DNA from: Candidatus Omnitrophota bacterium | GTDB lineage: Bacteria > Omnitrophota > Gorgyraeia > Gygaellales > Profunditerraquicolaceae | NCBI GenBank assembly: GCA_040754615.1 | Contig: JBFMBZ010000044.1 | Coordinates: 1 to 60,066, forward strand | Direction: 5' to 3' | DNA length: 60,066 bases | Shown here: positions 1 to 7,543 of the stretch, piece by piece | Position numbering within the stretch: position 1 is the stretch's first letter | How the letters are laid out: each line of letters begins with the position of its first letter | Program-made: the position numbers and the translations under genes | Notes under the pieces: generated by a model | Database searches by the model: none | What the model was told of the DNA's origin: nothing | Seen by the model: only the letters and a program-made list of their open reading frames with translations

Positions 1-24
1 ATTTCTTTTTCGTTGGGTAAGGGA

Positions 25-420
25 TTAGCCACGGGGCACCCCCTTTCTGCTCCTTGAGATTCGCTTAACTGCCTTAAGAAGCTGTTCAATGGTTAAGGGT
101 TTAGTTAGATATGAAACCACCCCCAGCTCTTTAGCCTCTTTTATCCTGCTTTTCTCTTTCTCCCAGGTAACCATTACGCATTTACATAATGGTGCGGCTT
201 TTTTTATTTTCCTTAAGGTTTCAAGTCCGCTTATCCCCCTCTTTAAATAAAGGTCTAAAAGGGCGATATCCGGCTTTACTCTTTTTGCTATTTTTACGGC
301 GCTTCCGCCGCTAAGGGCGGTATAAACCAAAAAGCCTCTTTTTTGAAAGATTAATTTTGCAAACTTGCAGATGTCTTTCTCATCGTCAACAATTAACAAT
401 TTCTTCTTCTCCTTAACCAT
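25..420 (-). CDS. Response regulator, stand-alone receiver (CheY-like) domain
   Basis: 131-aa ORF. REC hallmarks are present: LLIVDDEKD acidic pocket, acceptor Asp in DIALLDLYL, VMVT (Thr) and LTKP (Lys). It overlaps the upstream gene by 8 nt. Confidence 0.85.
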   Translation of the reverse strand: MVKEKKKLLIVDDEKDICKFAKLIFQKRGFLVYTALSGGSAVKIAKRVKPDIALLDLYLKRGISGLETLRKIKKAAPLCKCVMVTWEKEKSRIKEAKELGVVSYLTKPLTIEQLLKAVKRISRSRKGVPRG

Positions 421-1306
421 TTAACTTACCCTCCTCATACAAATTATGCTTTATACAGGCCTCTCTCACCGCGTCGCTCAGCCTGCGGATGGCTTCCTTC
501 ACAGGATAGGCTTCATCGTGCAAATTCGCTGGCATCTCTATAAACTTTATCCCTCTCTTTGCCAAAGACTCTGCCTCTCCCCAAGTTACTGCAGGATCTC
601 CGAAAAGTATAATCTCCTTGGGAGGATTAGGCATCTTCAGCAAGGTAGTGCCGAATTCTCCTAAGACCCCGACAAAAACGACATCCAGTAGTATAATATC
701 GGGATGGAATTTTCTGATATAATCAAGCTGATCTAAGCCGCTCTTACTGACTTCGTAAAGCCCGTTACAAATCCCTCTCTCCGTAAAACAGTCCCTCAAT
801 AATACTGAAATCAAATCCCGGGGGCTGACGATTAAAATCCTGGCCTTGGGAAAAGCATTTTCAGGCAAAGAGGTGCTTTCTGTTTTCCTCCCAGAAGGGA
901 TATGCTCTTGCGGCTTCGCTATACTTGCGCTAGAAACCTTTTCTTGAGACAATAATTCAACTACTTTATCAGTAAGCTCGTCAATTAAAAGCGGCTTGAT
1001 AAAGAAGGCATCGCAGCCAATACGGTCAATGAGCGCCTTGTATTCTATGTCATAGGCAGTCATTACGATTACCCGTACTTGGGGATAATCCCTGCGCAGC
1101 AATGTCAGGATTTCTATTCCGTCAACTTTAGGAAGTTTTATATCCAACAACACCAAATCCAGGTTATCTTTTTTAATTATATCCAGGCAGGTTTGACCAT
1201 CTTCTGCCTTAAATATCTCATAGCCGCGCGATTTAAAGAAGCCTTCTAATGTGTCGGTAACGAACTTTTCGTCATCAACTATCAGAATTCTTTTTGCTGG
1301 CTGCAT
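413..1306 (-). CDS. Response regulator with N-terminal REC domain and C-terminal degenerate (pseudo-)receiver domain
   Basis: The N-terminal half has ILIVDDEK, LVLLDIKLP, VIVMTA and FIKP (canonical REC). The C-terminal half (ILIVSPRD...IILLDV...FIEMP) is REC-like but lacks the acidic pair and the conserved Lys. Start placed at MQPAKRILIV (1306), which leaves a 4-nt gap to the upstream stop instead of the 32-nt overlap of the track start at 1342. Confidence 0.7.
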   Translation of the reverse strand: MQPAKRILIVDDEKFVTDTLEGFFKSRGYEIFKAEDGQTCLDIIKKDNLDLVLLDIKLPKVDGIEILTLLRRDYPQVRVIVMTAYDIEYKALIDRIGCDAFFIKPLLIDELTDKVVELLSQEKVSSASIAKPQEHIPSGRKTESTSLPENAFPKARILIVSPRDLISVLLRDCFTERGICNGLYEVSKSGLDQLDYIRKFHPDIILLDVVFVGVLGEFGTTLLKMPNPPKEIILFGDPAVTWGEAESLAKRGIKFIEMPANLHDEAYPVKEAIRRLSDAVREACIKHNLYEEGKLNG

Positions 1307-1310
1307 TGTT

Positions 1311-1562
1311 TTACCTCTTTGGCTTTCCTGAATCCGGTTCAATTATATCGTAAACAAGGGCCTTTAGTTCATTTAAGCTCCTGCTTGCTCCTACCGCATT
1401 TTTCTCTAAGTCCGTTAATACCTCAATTAACTTCTTTATCTCGGCAGGCATGGCTTTTTCCTTAAATCTTTCTTTTAATTCTATCTTCGTCACGCCGGCG
1501 CTTACACTGATTTTGTTGTGCCAGTTGCCTACTTTATGAAACATTTCTCTTATGTTTGCCAT
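1311..1562 (-). CDS. Hypothetical small alpha-helical protein inside the two-component operon (possible HPt-like phosphotransfer protein)
   Basis: 83-aa ORF packed tightly between two REC genes. The His-containing segment FHKVGNWHNKIS sits on a predicted helix and loosely resembles HxxKG of HPt domains. No confident family match by eye. Confidence 0.45.
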   Translation of the reverse strand: MANIREMFHKVGNWHNKISVSAGVTKIELKERFKEKAMPAEIKKLIEVLTDLEKNAVGASRSLNELKALVYDIIEPDSGKPKR

Positions 1563-1574
1563 ATTGTATTTTCC

Positions 1575-1925
1575 TTATAATTTTGCCAATAAAGCTTCTA
1601 TCTCGGTAAGCACTATCGGTTTAAAAACAACCTCATCCGCGCCTAAATTGCGCATACGCTTTTCCACTGCCTCATCATAATAAGCAGTAACCATAACAAA
1701 TTTTATTTCAGGATGATTCTTCTTGGTTCTTTCCAATATCTTGTCGCCCTCTATATCTGGAAGCTTATAATCGCAAAGCACAATATCCGGCTTTTTGTTC
1801 TCAATGATATTGAAGGCGCTCTCTCCATCCCCTGCCTTATACGCCTCATAACCGAACATCTCTAATCCTTTGGCAAAATCCTTGATAAATTCCAGCTCAT
1901 CATCAACTATTAAAACCTTCTTCAT
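1575..1925 (-). CDS. Response regulator, stand-alone receiver domain
   Basis: 116 aa with VLIVDDE, IVLCDYKLP, VMVTA and VFKP motifs. ATGA-type overlap with the histidine kinase stop. Confidence 0.85.
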   Translation of the reverse strand: MKKVLIVDDELEFIKDFAKGLEMFGYEAYKAGDGESAFNIIENKKPDIVLCDYKLPDIEGDKILERTKKNHPEIKFVMVTAYYDEAVEKRMRNLGADEVVFKPIVLTEIEALLAKL

Positions 1926-4006
1926 GCTTCTGCCCCCCTGGGGAACTCTAAAATAAAGGTAGTGCCTACTCCCACCTGGCTTTTAAAGGAAATCTCGCCT
2001 TTATTCCTCCAGACTAATTGCCTGACGATGGAAAGCCCTAATCCTGTGCCTTTAGTTGGGCCTTTTGTAGTAAAAAACGGCTCAAAAATCCGGTGCATCT
2101 TATCTTCAGCTATACCCTTGCCTGTATCTTCTATTTCAATATGCACCTTGCCATTACTGCTTGAAACCGCGCTGATTTTAATTGTGCCTGTGCCTTCTAT
2201 TGCCTGCCCGGCATTGCGGATAAGGTTAAAGAATATCTGCTGTAGTTCATGCTTGTCTGCCGAAATTCTCGGTAAATCTGAAGGAATGTGCCTTTCTATC
2301 TTGATTCTTTCTAATTCCAGGTCATGGCCTAGCACTGCCAGGGTCTCATCTATTTCTTCAGAGATATTTACCAATTGCGGCCTGAACTCTTTGGAGGGCT
2401 TGGCAAAATTTGAAAGCCGCCTGGTAATATCGGCAATGCGGTTAGATTGGGACAAAGTTTCGTTAAGTATGGCTTCGCACTCCTGAATCACCTCTTCTTT
2501 TGATTTGTTCTGATAAAAACCACGCTGTATGCCTGTTAAGAATACCTGTATCTTGGTATTGATGATATTTAAAGGATTCCCTATTTCATGGTTTATCCCT
2601 GCTGCCATTGTGCCAATTGCTGCGCGGCGCTCTGCCTGGGCTGCTTCGGTAAGAAGCTGGGCATTGCCTACGGCAATGGACTCGGTTCTGGCTAAGTCTA
2701 AAAGCACATCCAGGTCGTCTTTAGTATATCCTTCGTCTGATTTTTTCTTGCCGAGGGAAATAAACCCGATTAAGTCATCGTGAAGCTTAAGCGGCAAGAC
2801 TAAAACTGCTTTTAGCTTAAGCATCTCCTCCTGCACCGCAGGATTTGCTCCGGTAATGCCGTCTATTTGCTTTATAATAGCGGGCTTGTCTGATTTCTTA
2901 AGGTAGCTTACCAGCTTTGATTCAGAAGTAAATGTGATATTTTTATCCTCAAGCCCTAAACTGCTGTAAAGCTGGAATCTATCCTCTACTTTATTTAATA
3001 TAAAGACGACCGAGGTGTAAGGATGGATGGTTTTGCCTAAAAGCTCAAGGGTTGAGCTGATTACCTCATCCAAATTCAAAACCGTGATTACCTCATCAAT
3101 AAACGCCTTCAGTATCTGCTTATATTCATACCTCTTCTGAAAAAGGAATTTATCCGTTGAGTTAATGAGCCAGGTTTCCACAGGGCGCAAGGTAAAGGTA
3201 ATAATCAAAGCGCTGATGGCAAGGGATAAGAGGTTATTCGCCCCTCCCAGGAAGTGCGCCACCAGCATCGCCATTGCCACTACTACACCGAAAACAAATG
3301 CAAACATCCCGGCAAAGACGAGGGATTTCTTGATGACGACTTCTATGTCTAAAAGCTGGTGGCGGAGAATGGCGTAGGTAACAATAAAGGAATATAGTGT
3401 CACGCCGAAGTTACCAAAAGGATAAAGAATATCTATTTTAAACTCCGGTAAAAATGTTGAAGTTCCGCCAATAAAACCGATTAAGAAACCGGTAATTATA
3501 TATTTTGTTTGCATGTGCCTATTTCCACTTGATAGCGGAAGGAATTTAACTAATTCAAAAAAACCTGAAATTACTATCAAAAACCAAAAAGTAGCCAGAA
3601 TACAGAACGGGAGAGTTACCTTATTATAGTATAGAGAGTTAAAAATAAACCTGGTTTTATTTATTAAAATGTTTGTAAAAATGTTTAGATAGAGAAAGAA
3701 TAAACCTATTCCATAAGAAAATAAAATAATGTTTCTGCGTCTCAAATCACAAAATACACTTACTAAATGGAAAAAGGAAATAGCAACAAATATCCCGCCG
3801 ATATGAGCAAACTTCCAACCAAATAGCGCAAGTTCTTCGGTTTTAGATTGCCCTACTATAAAACAACCGATGCCCCAAATAGCTACGGCGATATTAAAAA
3901 CTACCAAAATTCGGTGAATTTTGAGTTTGCCATATACAAAAGTAAACAAAGCTAGTATAAAACAAGAAATTCCGCATGATAAACCAGCTAAAGCGAATAT
4001 ATTCAT
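1922..4006 (-). CDS. Sensor histidine kinase (N-terminal 7TM region, GAF, HisKA, HATPase_c)
   Basis: 694 aa. The first ~290 aa are multiple hydrophobic helices, followed by a GAF-like middle region. H-box AAGINHEIGNPL, N-box FFNLIRNAGQA, G1 DTGKGI and G2 GTGLGLS are present. Confidence 0.85.
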   Translation of the reverse strand: MNIFALAGLSCGISCFILALFTFVYGKLKIHRILVVFNIAVAIWGIGCFIVGQSKTEELALFGWKFAHIGGIFVAISFFHLVSVFCDLRRRNIILFSYGIGLFFLYLNIFTNILINKTRFIFNSLYYNKVTLPFCILATFWFLIVISGFFELVKFLPLSSGNRHMQTKYIITGFLIGFIGGTSTFLPEFKIDILYPFGNFGVTLYSFIVTYAILRHQLLDIEVVIKKSLVFAGMFAFVFGVVVAMAMLVAHFLGGANNLLSLAISALIITFTLRPVETWLINSTDKFLFQKRYEYKQILKAFIDEVITVLNLDEVISSTLELLGKTIHPYTSVVFILNKVEDRFQLYSSLGLEDKNITFTSESKLVSYLKKSDKPAIIKQIDGITGANPAVQEEMLKLKAVLVLPLKLHDDLIGFISLGKKKSDEGYTKDDLDVLLDLARTESIAVGNAQLLTEAAQAERRAAIGTMAAGINHEIGNPLNIINTKIQVFLTGIQRGFYQNKSKEEVIQECEAILNETLSQSNRIADITRRLSNFAKPSKEFRPQLVNISEEIDETLAVLGHDLELERIKIERHIPSDLPRISADKHELQQIFFNLIRNAGQAIEGTGTIKISAVSSSNGKVHIEIEDTGKGIAEDKMHRIFEPFFTTKGPTKGTGLGLSIVRQLVWRNKGEISFKSQVGVGTTFILEFPRGAEA

Positions 4007-5439
4007 TTTCTTTTTTCCTTATAAAGAATGGAATTGGCTATATCATAACCATGGTTAGCAACAAAGGCAATACCGCTACTTCGATTAGACCAATGACCGG
4101 TTAGATATAAATTCTCAATTTCAGTCTTCTGAGAAGCAAAAGGATTGCAGAATTGTTCTATAGTACTAGCCCATCCATAGGATGCGCCTTGATAATTGTT
4201 CGTCCATTTATTAAGACTAACTGGGGAAGCGGTTAATTTTAAACTGGCATACTTCGATAAGTTTGGAATTATCAATTCCCCCAATGCAATTAACCTATCT
4301 GCAAACATATCTATCTTACCCTTGGTCCAAAACTTATCATTTACATATAATGTATTTGTTTCTAAGCATACTGAAATATTTTTATAACTCTGCAGAGATT
4401 TATCTGTTGAAATATGCGATGTTAATAAAAGAAACTGGCTTTCATGAGATATCATTGAAGAGTATAAATCATCAATATCAAGCTTATTAAGCAATATTAT
4501 ATTTTTATCCGATTGCAATTGAGACGAAATCTGCTCTTCGGATCGGATTCCTAAGTAAACAAGAAATGAAGATGGCGAAGGTTGCTTTCCTGTAATTTTC
4601 TGTCTAAAATGTAAATGAATATTTTCTTCATCAATCATTTCAAGAAATAATTTTCTTACATCGCAAGCAGAAATTATATATCTAGATAATATCCGCTTGC
4701 CATCATTCAAAGTCACACCTCTTGCTTTCCCATCTTGAATAATTACTTTCTTAACGGTCTTAGCCGTCTTGATCTCGCCTTTTAATTCTACTAATCTTTG
4801 TGCTAAAATATCAGGGAGAGCCTGCATTTTCTTTAAAGGATAATATCCGCCATCAAAAACAAATTCTCTAATAATCAGGCAGCCTACAACTGAAGATGCT
4901 TGATTTGGTGGTAATCCTACAAATCCTAATACCAAAAGCCCTAAAATTGTTTTTAACTGATTGTCTTTAAAATAAATGTCTAATAATTGCTGAAATGTCT
5001 TACTGCGAAACCTAGATAATGCTGGTATATCACTTAGAGCTATAAAGCTAAACAATTCTTCGATTTGCTTTTTTTCTTTAGGAAAATGCCGTTGGAACTC
5101 TTTTATTGTATCATCCAGCAACCCGTGTATTTTTATGCTAAGATTAGGAGTGATTATAATATAAGAGGGTTCATATCTTAAAATTTTTAGTCTATCTCTG
5201 AGCTCTAAATCAAAAAGTATCTTATCAAGTTGCCCGCCTTCACGTAAACTCCCTAAAGCATGCGCACATGCATCAAAACTATACCCTTGTCTTGTAAAAG
5301 ACGCACAATATCCTCCTACCTTGGCATTCTTTTCTACAATCAGAGTCTTTAAGCCAGCTTTGGCTAAATAACACCCGCAAACAAGTCCGCTTATCCCCGC
5401 GCCAATAATTATTGCATCATAATCATAATGTTCTGCCAT
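4003..5439 (-). CDS. FAD-dependent oxidoreductase, phytoene desaturase (CrtI/CrtD)-like family
   Basis: N-terminal Rossmann motif DAIIIGAGISGLVCGCYLAKAGLKTLIVEKNAKVGGY and C-terminal NLYLTGHW...G motif typical of the CrtI/amine-oxidase fold. 4-nt overlap with the kinase start. Confidence 0.8.
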   Translation of the reverse strand: MAEHYDYDAIIIGAGISGLVCGCYLAKAGLKTLIVEKNAKVGGYCASFTRQGYSFDACAHALGSLREGGQLDKILFDLELRDRLKILRYEPSYIIITPNLSIKIHGLLDDTIKEFQRHFPKEKKQIEELFSFIALSDIPALSRFRSKTFQQLLDIYFKDNQLKTILGLLVLGFVGLPPNQASSVVGCLIIREFVFDGGYYPLKKMQALPDILAQRLVELKGEIKTAKTVKKVIIQDGKARGVTLNDGKRILSRYIISACDVRKLFLEMIDEENIHLHFRQKITGKQPSPSSFLVYLGIRSEEQISSQLQSDKNIILLNKLDIDDLYSSMISHESQFLLLTSHISTDKSLQSYKNISVCLETNTLYVNDKFWTKGKIDMFADRLIALGELIIPNLSKYASLKLTASPVSLNKWTNNYQGASYGWASTIEQFCNPFASQKTEIENLYLTGHWSNRSSGIAFVANHGYDIANSILYKEKRK

Positions 5440-5703
5440 TCATTCTTTCTTTTTTTCTAAAGCTTGTTTTACTAACGCTAGTGCTTCGCCTATAGTGGTG
5501 ATTTTGGGAACTTGCTCATCTCTTATGCTGATCTTAAAACGCTTTTCTATGGCAACAACTATTTCAATTGCTTTAATTGAATCCACCTGTAAATCTTTCC
5601 AAAAATTAGTCTCTGGCTTTAGATCCCCCGGCTCTCTAAGAATTACATCGGCTATTAATTTTTTAACTTCCTCTTCTAGGTTATCTGGTATCTTGTTTGG
5701 CAA
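5440..5703 (-). CDS. Acyl carrier protein (phosphopantetheine-binding)
   Basis: 87 aa. LQVDSIKAIEIVVAIEKRF carries the DS(L/I) phosphopantetheine attachment serine in a four-helix ACP-sized protein. GGAGG ribosome-binding site upstream. Confidence 0.75.
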   Translation of the reverse strand: MPNKIPDNLEEEVKKLIADVILREPGDLKPETNFWKDLQVDSIKAIEIVVAIEKRFKISIRDEQVPKITTIGEALALVKQALEKKKE

Positions 5704-5762
5704 AGTTAGCCTCCTTCGTTATTTTTGTTGATTTGCATTCTCCTGCTTTTTCAGCCAATCAA

Positions 5763-5981
5763 TTAACGCCTTTTTCCTGAACTGCCATGACTTGCCAATT
5801 TCTGGGACCATTTATCTTTCAAAAGCTTCTTAATATGGTACTGCTGAATCTTGTTGGGCTTGGTTTTTCCATTAAGCCACCTGTTTACAGTAACAAAAGA
5901 AACTCCCAGCCGGGATGCAATATCCTGCTGGGAGATTTTATGTTCTAATCGATAAGAATCTAGTGCTTTTACTAAATTCAT
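5763..5981 (-). CDS. XRE-family helix-turn-helix transcriptional regulator
   Basis: ISQQDIASRLGVSFVTVNRWLNG is a classic HTH_3 motif. Start placed at the second ATG (MNLVKA, 5981) because a TTGACT-16-TATAAT promoter ends 7 nt upstream, implying a leaderless mRNA. The track start at 5990 lies inside the -10 box. Confidence 0.7.
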   Translation of the reverse strand: MNLVKALDSYRLEHKISQQDIASRLGVSFVTVNRWLNGKTKPNKIQQYHIKKLLKDKWSQKLASHGSSGKRR

Positions 5982-5988
5982 ATTTAGC

Positions 5989-6016
5989 ATTATATATCAT
6001 AATATAAATAAGTCAA
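5989..6016 (-). promoter_or_regulatory. Sigma70-type promoter (TTGACT-16 nt-TATAAT) for the XRE/ACP/kinase operon
   Basis: Minus strand reads TTGACT tatttatattatgata TATAAT gctaaat ATG. The predicted +1 coincides with the ATG. Confidence 0.5.
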
Positions 6017-6097
6017 ATAAAATTTAACGCTCCAAATATTTATTTCTGGCCGTGACTGTGCCAAGTATTTATGCTCTATGCGATTATTTTTAGACAC

Positions 6098-6127
6098 GGC
6101 CGCGCTCTACCACTGCGCTACCCTGGT
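6098..6127 (-). pseudogene. tRNA 5' fragment (acceptor 5' strand, D-arm, 5' anticodon stem), non-functional
   Basis: ggccgcgctctaccactgCgctacc is almost identical to the matching part of the tRNA-Phe gene 170 bp away. No anticodon loop, T-arm or 3' acceptor strand follows. Confidence 0.5.
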
Positions 6128-6200
6128 TTTGAGCCGTTAGTGAGCCAATAAGTGCAAATAAAACACAAATCCATACAAAAATACTTAACCGGACACAGAG

Positions 6201-6243
6201 AAATAAAAAAGGCGTAACTGTATATGATTTATACAATTACGCC
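6201..6243 (-). terminator. Intrinsic terminator (second of two after tRNA-Phe)
   Basis: Minus strand: GGCGTAATTGTATA aatca TATACAGTTACGCC followed by TTTTTTATTT. Confidence 0.6.
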
Positions 6244-6251
6244 GTAAATTA

Positions 6252-6281
6252 AATAAAAAAGAGGGGTTATGAAACCCCCCC
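6252..6281 (-). terminator. Intrinsic terminator immediately after tRNA-Phe
   Basis: Minus strand: GGGGGGTT tcat AACCCCTC followed by TTTTTTATTT, about 10 nt after the tRNA CCA end. Confidence 0.65.
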
Positions 6282-6290
6282 TTAATTAGA

Positions 6291-6365
6291 TGGTGCCGAG
6301 GAGAAGAATCGAACTTCCCACGCCGGCCTTTTCAGGGCCGCGCTCTACCACTGAGCTACCTCGGC
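6291..6365 (-). tRNA. tRNA-Phe (anticodon GAA), CCA encoded
   Basis: The reverse complement folds by hand into a cloverleaf: GCCGAGG-TA-GCTC-AGTGGTA-GAGC-G-CGGCC-CTGAAAA-GGCCG-GCGTG-GGAAG-TTCGATT-CTTCT-CCTCGGC-A-CCA (75 nt). Confidence 0.93.
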
Positions 6366-6479
6366 TATATATTATCTGCGAATCCGCCAAGCTTTGTGGC
6401 GGAGAGCTACCTCAGCAAATCTATTTGTCAGCGTCGGAAATGCCGCTGGCTATAGCTGTAATAACTTTGAGCCTATATT

Positions 6480-7148
6480 CTACACGAATTTTCTCACAAG
6501 GAAAGGAGAAAATATCAGGTAGATTAGAAAAAGCGAAAATATCGAAGTTTCGGGAAATGCAATAAGGATCAAAGCAAACGGGATAATTAAGAACAAAACA
6601 ATCTTTTTCTTTAAAACCTGCTTAATCCCGTCTAAATTCAAATACCTTATCCTGGAGACCATCAAAAAAGAAAGGCACAGGACCATTATCAGGAATAATG
6701 CCGGAGGAGGCAACTGCGTATATTTACGGTAAATCAATATGAAAGACGCCAATACGCCACCGCTCACAGTAGTAGGCAAGCCGTAAAAGAAAACCTTCAG
6801 GTTTTCTTTCGGAGTAATGTTATATTTTGCCAGCCGCATTACGCTGCAGGATAAATAAATAAATAAGGAGAGTATGGCATAAAGATGGAAGTGCCGGTAA
6901 ACAAAAATATAGCCTAAAATAGAAGGCGCTACCCCGAACGCCACCACATCCACAAGGGAATCCAGCTCCTTGCCGAATTCGCTGGTTAAAGAATACCTTC
7001 TGGCTAGCTGGCCGTCAAGGCCGTCGATGATTACCGAAATTATTATCGCCCAGCAGGCAAAAGTAAAATGGCTTTCCAAAGAAAAAATGATGGAGATAAA
7101 AGCCGAAGCGAGGCTGATAGCGGTAAAAAGGTTTATCAAATTAATCAT
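6480..7148 (-). CDS. pssA: CDP-diacylglycerol--serine O-phosphatidyltransferase (CDP-alcohol phosphatidyltransferase family)
   Basis: DGLDGQLARRYSLTSEFGKELDSLVDVVAFGVAP matches D-G-x2-A-R-x8-G-x3-D-x3-D with the S-FG-ELDS...FGVAP flavour of small PssA enzymes. The protein is polytopic. Confidence 0.75.
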   Translation of the reverse strand: MINLINLFTAISLASAFISIIFSLESHFTFACWAIIISVIIDGLDGQLARRYSLTSEFGKELDSLVDVVAFGVAPSILGYIFVYRHFHLYAILSLFIYLSCSVMRLAKYNITPKENLKVFFYGLPTTVSGGVLASFILIYRKYTQLPPPALFLIMVLCLSFLMVSRIRYLNLDGIKQVLKKKIVLFLIIPFALILIAFPETSIFSLFLIYLIFSPFLVRKFV

Positions 7149-7543
7149 GGGCCTGCCCCTTCTATTATTTTTACAAAGAAATCCTGCGCCAGGCTTAAAT
7201 TGGGAAAATGGAACCTGCGCGCTGAAACTTTCAGGCGGTTACTGGATTGGGTAAGTTTAATCACCCTGATCCAGACTTTGCTGTTTCCGGAATCTAACTC
7301 AATATAGCCGCGCAAGGCTTCTTCCTGTTTTACGGTGCCGCGGATACTGCTTATGGAGAGGGCAGCATCCCAGAGCGAATCGTAGGATTTATCCGTGTCT
7401 CCCTGAATGGTATCCCCGCTAATCGCATAAATACCCACCCCTCCGGCTGCCATTCCGACGAGCAAGGGGGCGCAACCGGAAATATTTACAAAAACCATGC
7501 AGGCCAAGGAAAAGTAAAATATAATCTTAAACAACCGCTTCAT
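7145..7543 (-). CDS. Putative lipoprotein (unknown function)
   Basis: Signal peptide with lipobox VNISGC, 132 aa, 4-nt overlaps on both sides. Confidence 0.6.
   Translation of the reverse strand: MKRLFKIIFYFSLACMVFVNISGCAPLLVGMAAGGVGIYAISGDTIQGDTDKSYDSLWDAALSISSIRGTVKQEEALRGYIELDSGNSKVWIRVIKLTQSSNRLKVSARRFHFPNLSLAQDFFVKIIEGAGP

Noticed and set aside
6098-6127. A possible second functional tRNA, or one containing an intron.
   Set aside because: Only the 5' acceptor strand, a mismatched D-stem and a 5' anticodon-stem strand are present. I could find no anticodon loop, T-arm (GTTCRANNC) or matching 3' acceptor strand within 150 nt downstream. I kept it only as a fragment.
5763-6365. An integrated mobile element or prophage remnant at the tRNA-Phe locus (XRE regulator, AT-rich DNA, tRNA fragment).
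   Set aside because: The window contains no integrase, recombinase, transposase or phage structural gene. The duplicated piece is a tRNA 5' half rather than the 3' end expected for an att site.
6290-6565. 91-aa plus-strand ORF starting at 6290.
   Set aside because: Its first 75 nt are the antisense of the tRNA-Phe gene and the rest crosses an intergenic region into pssA antisense. It is not a gene.
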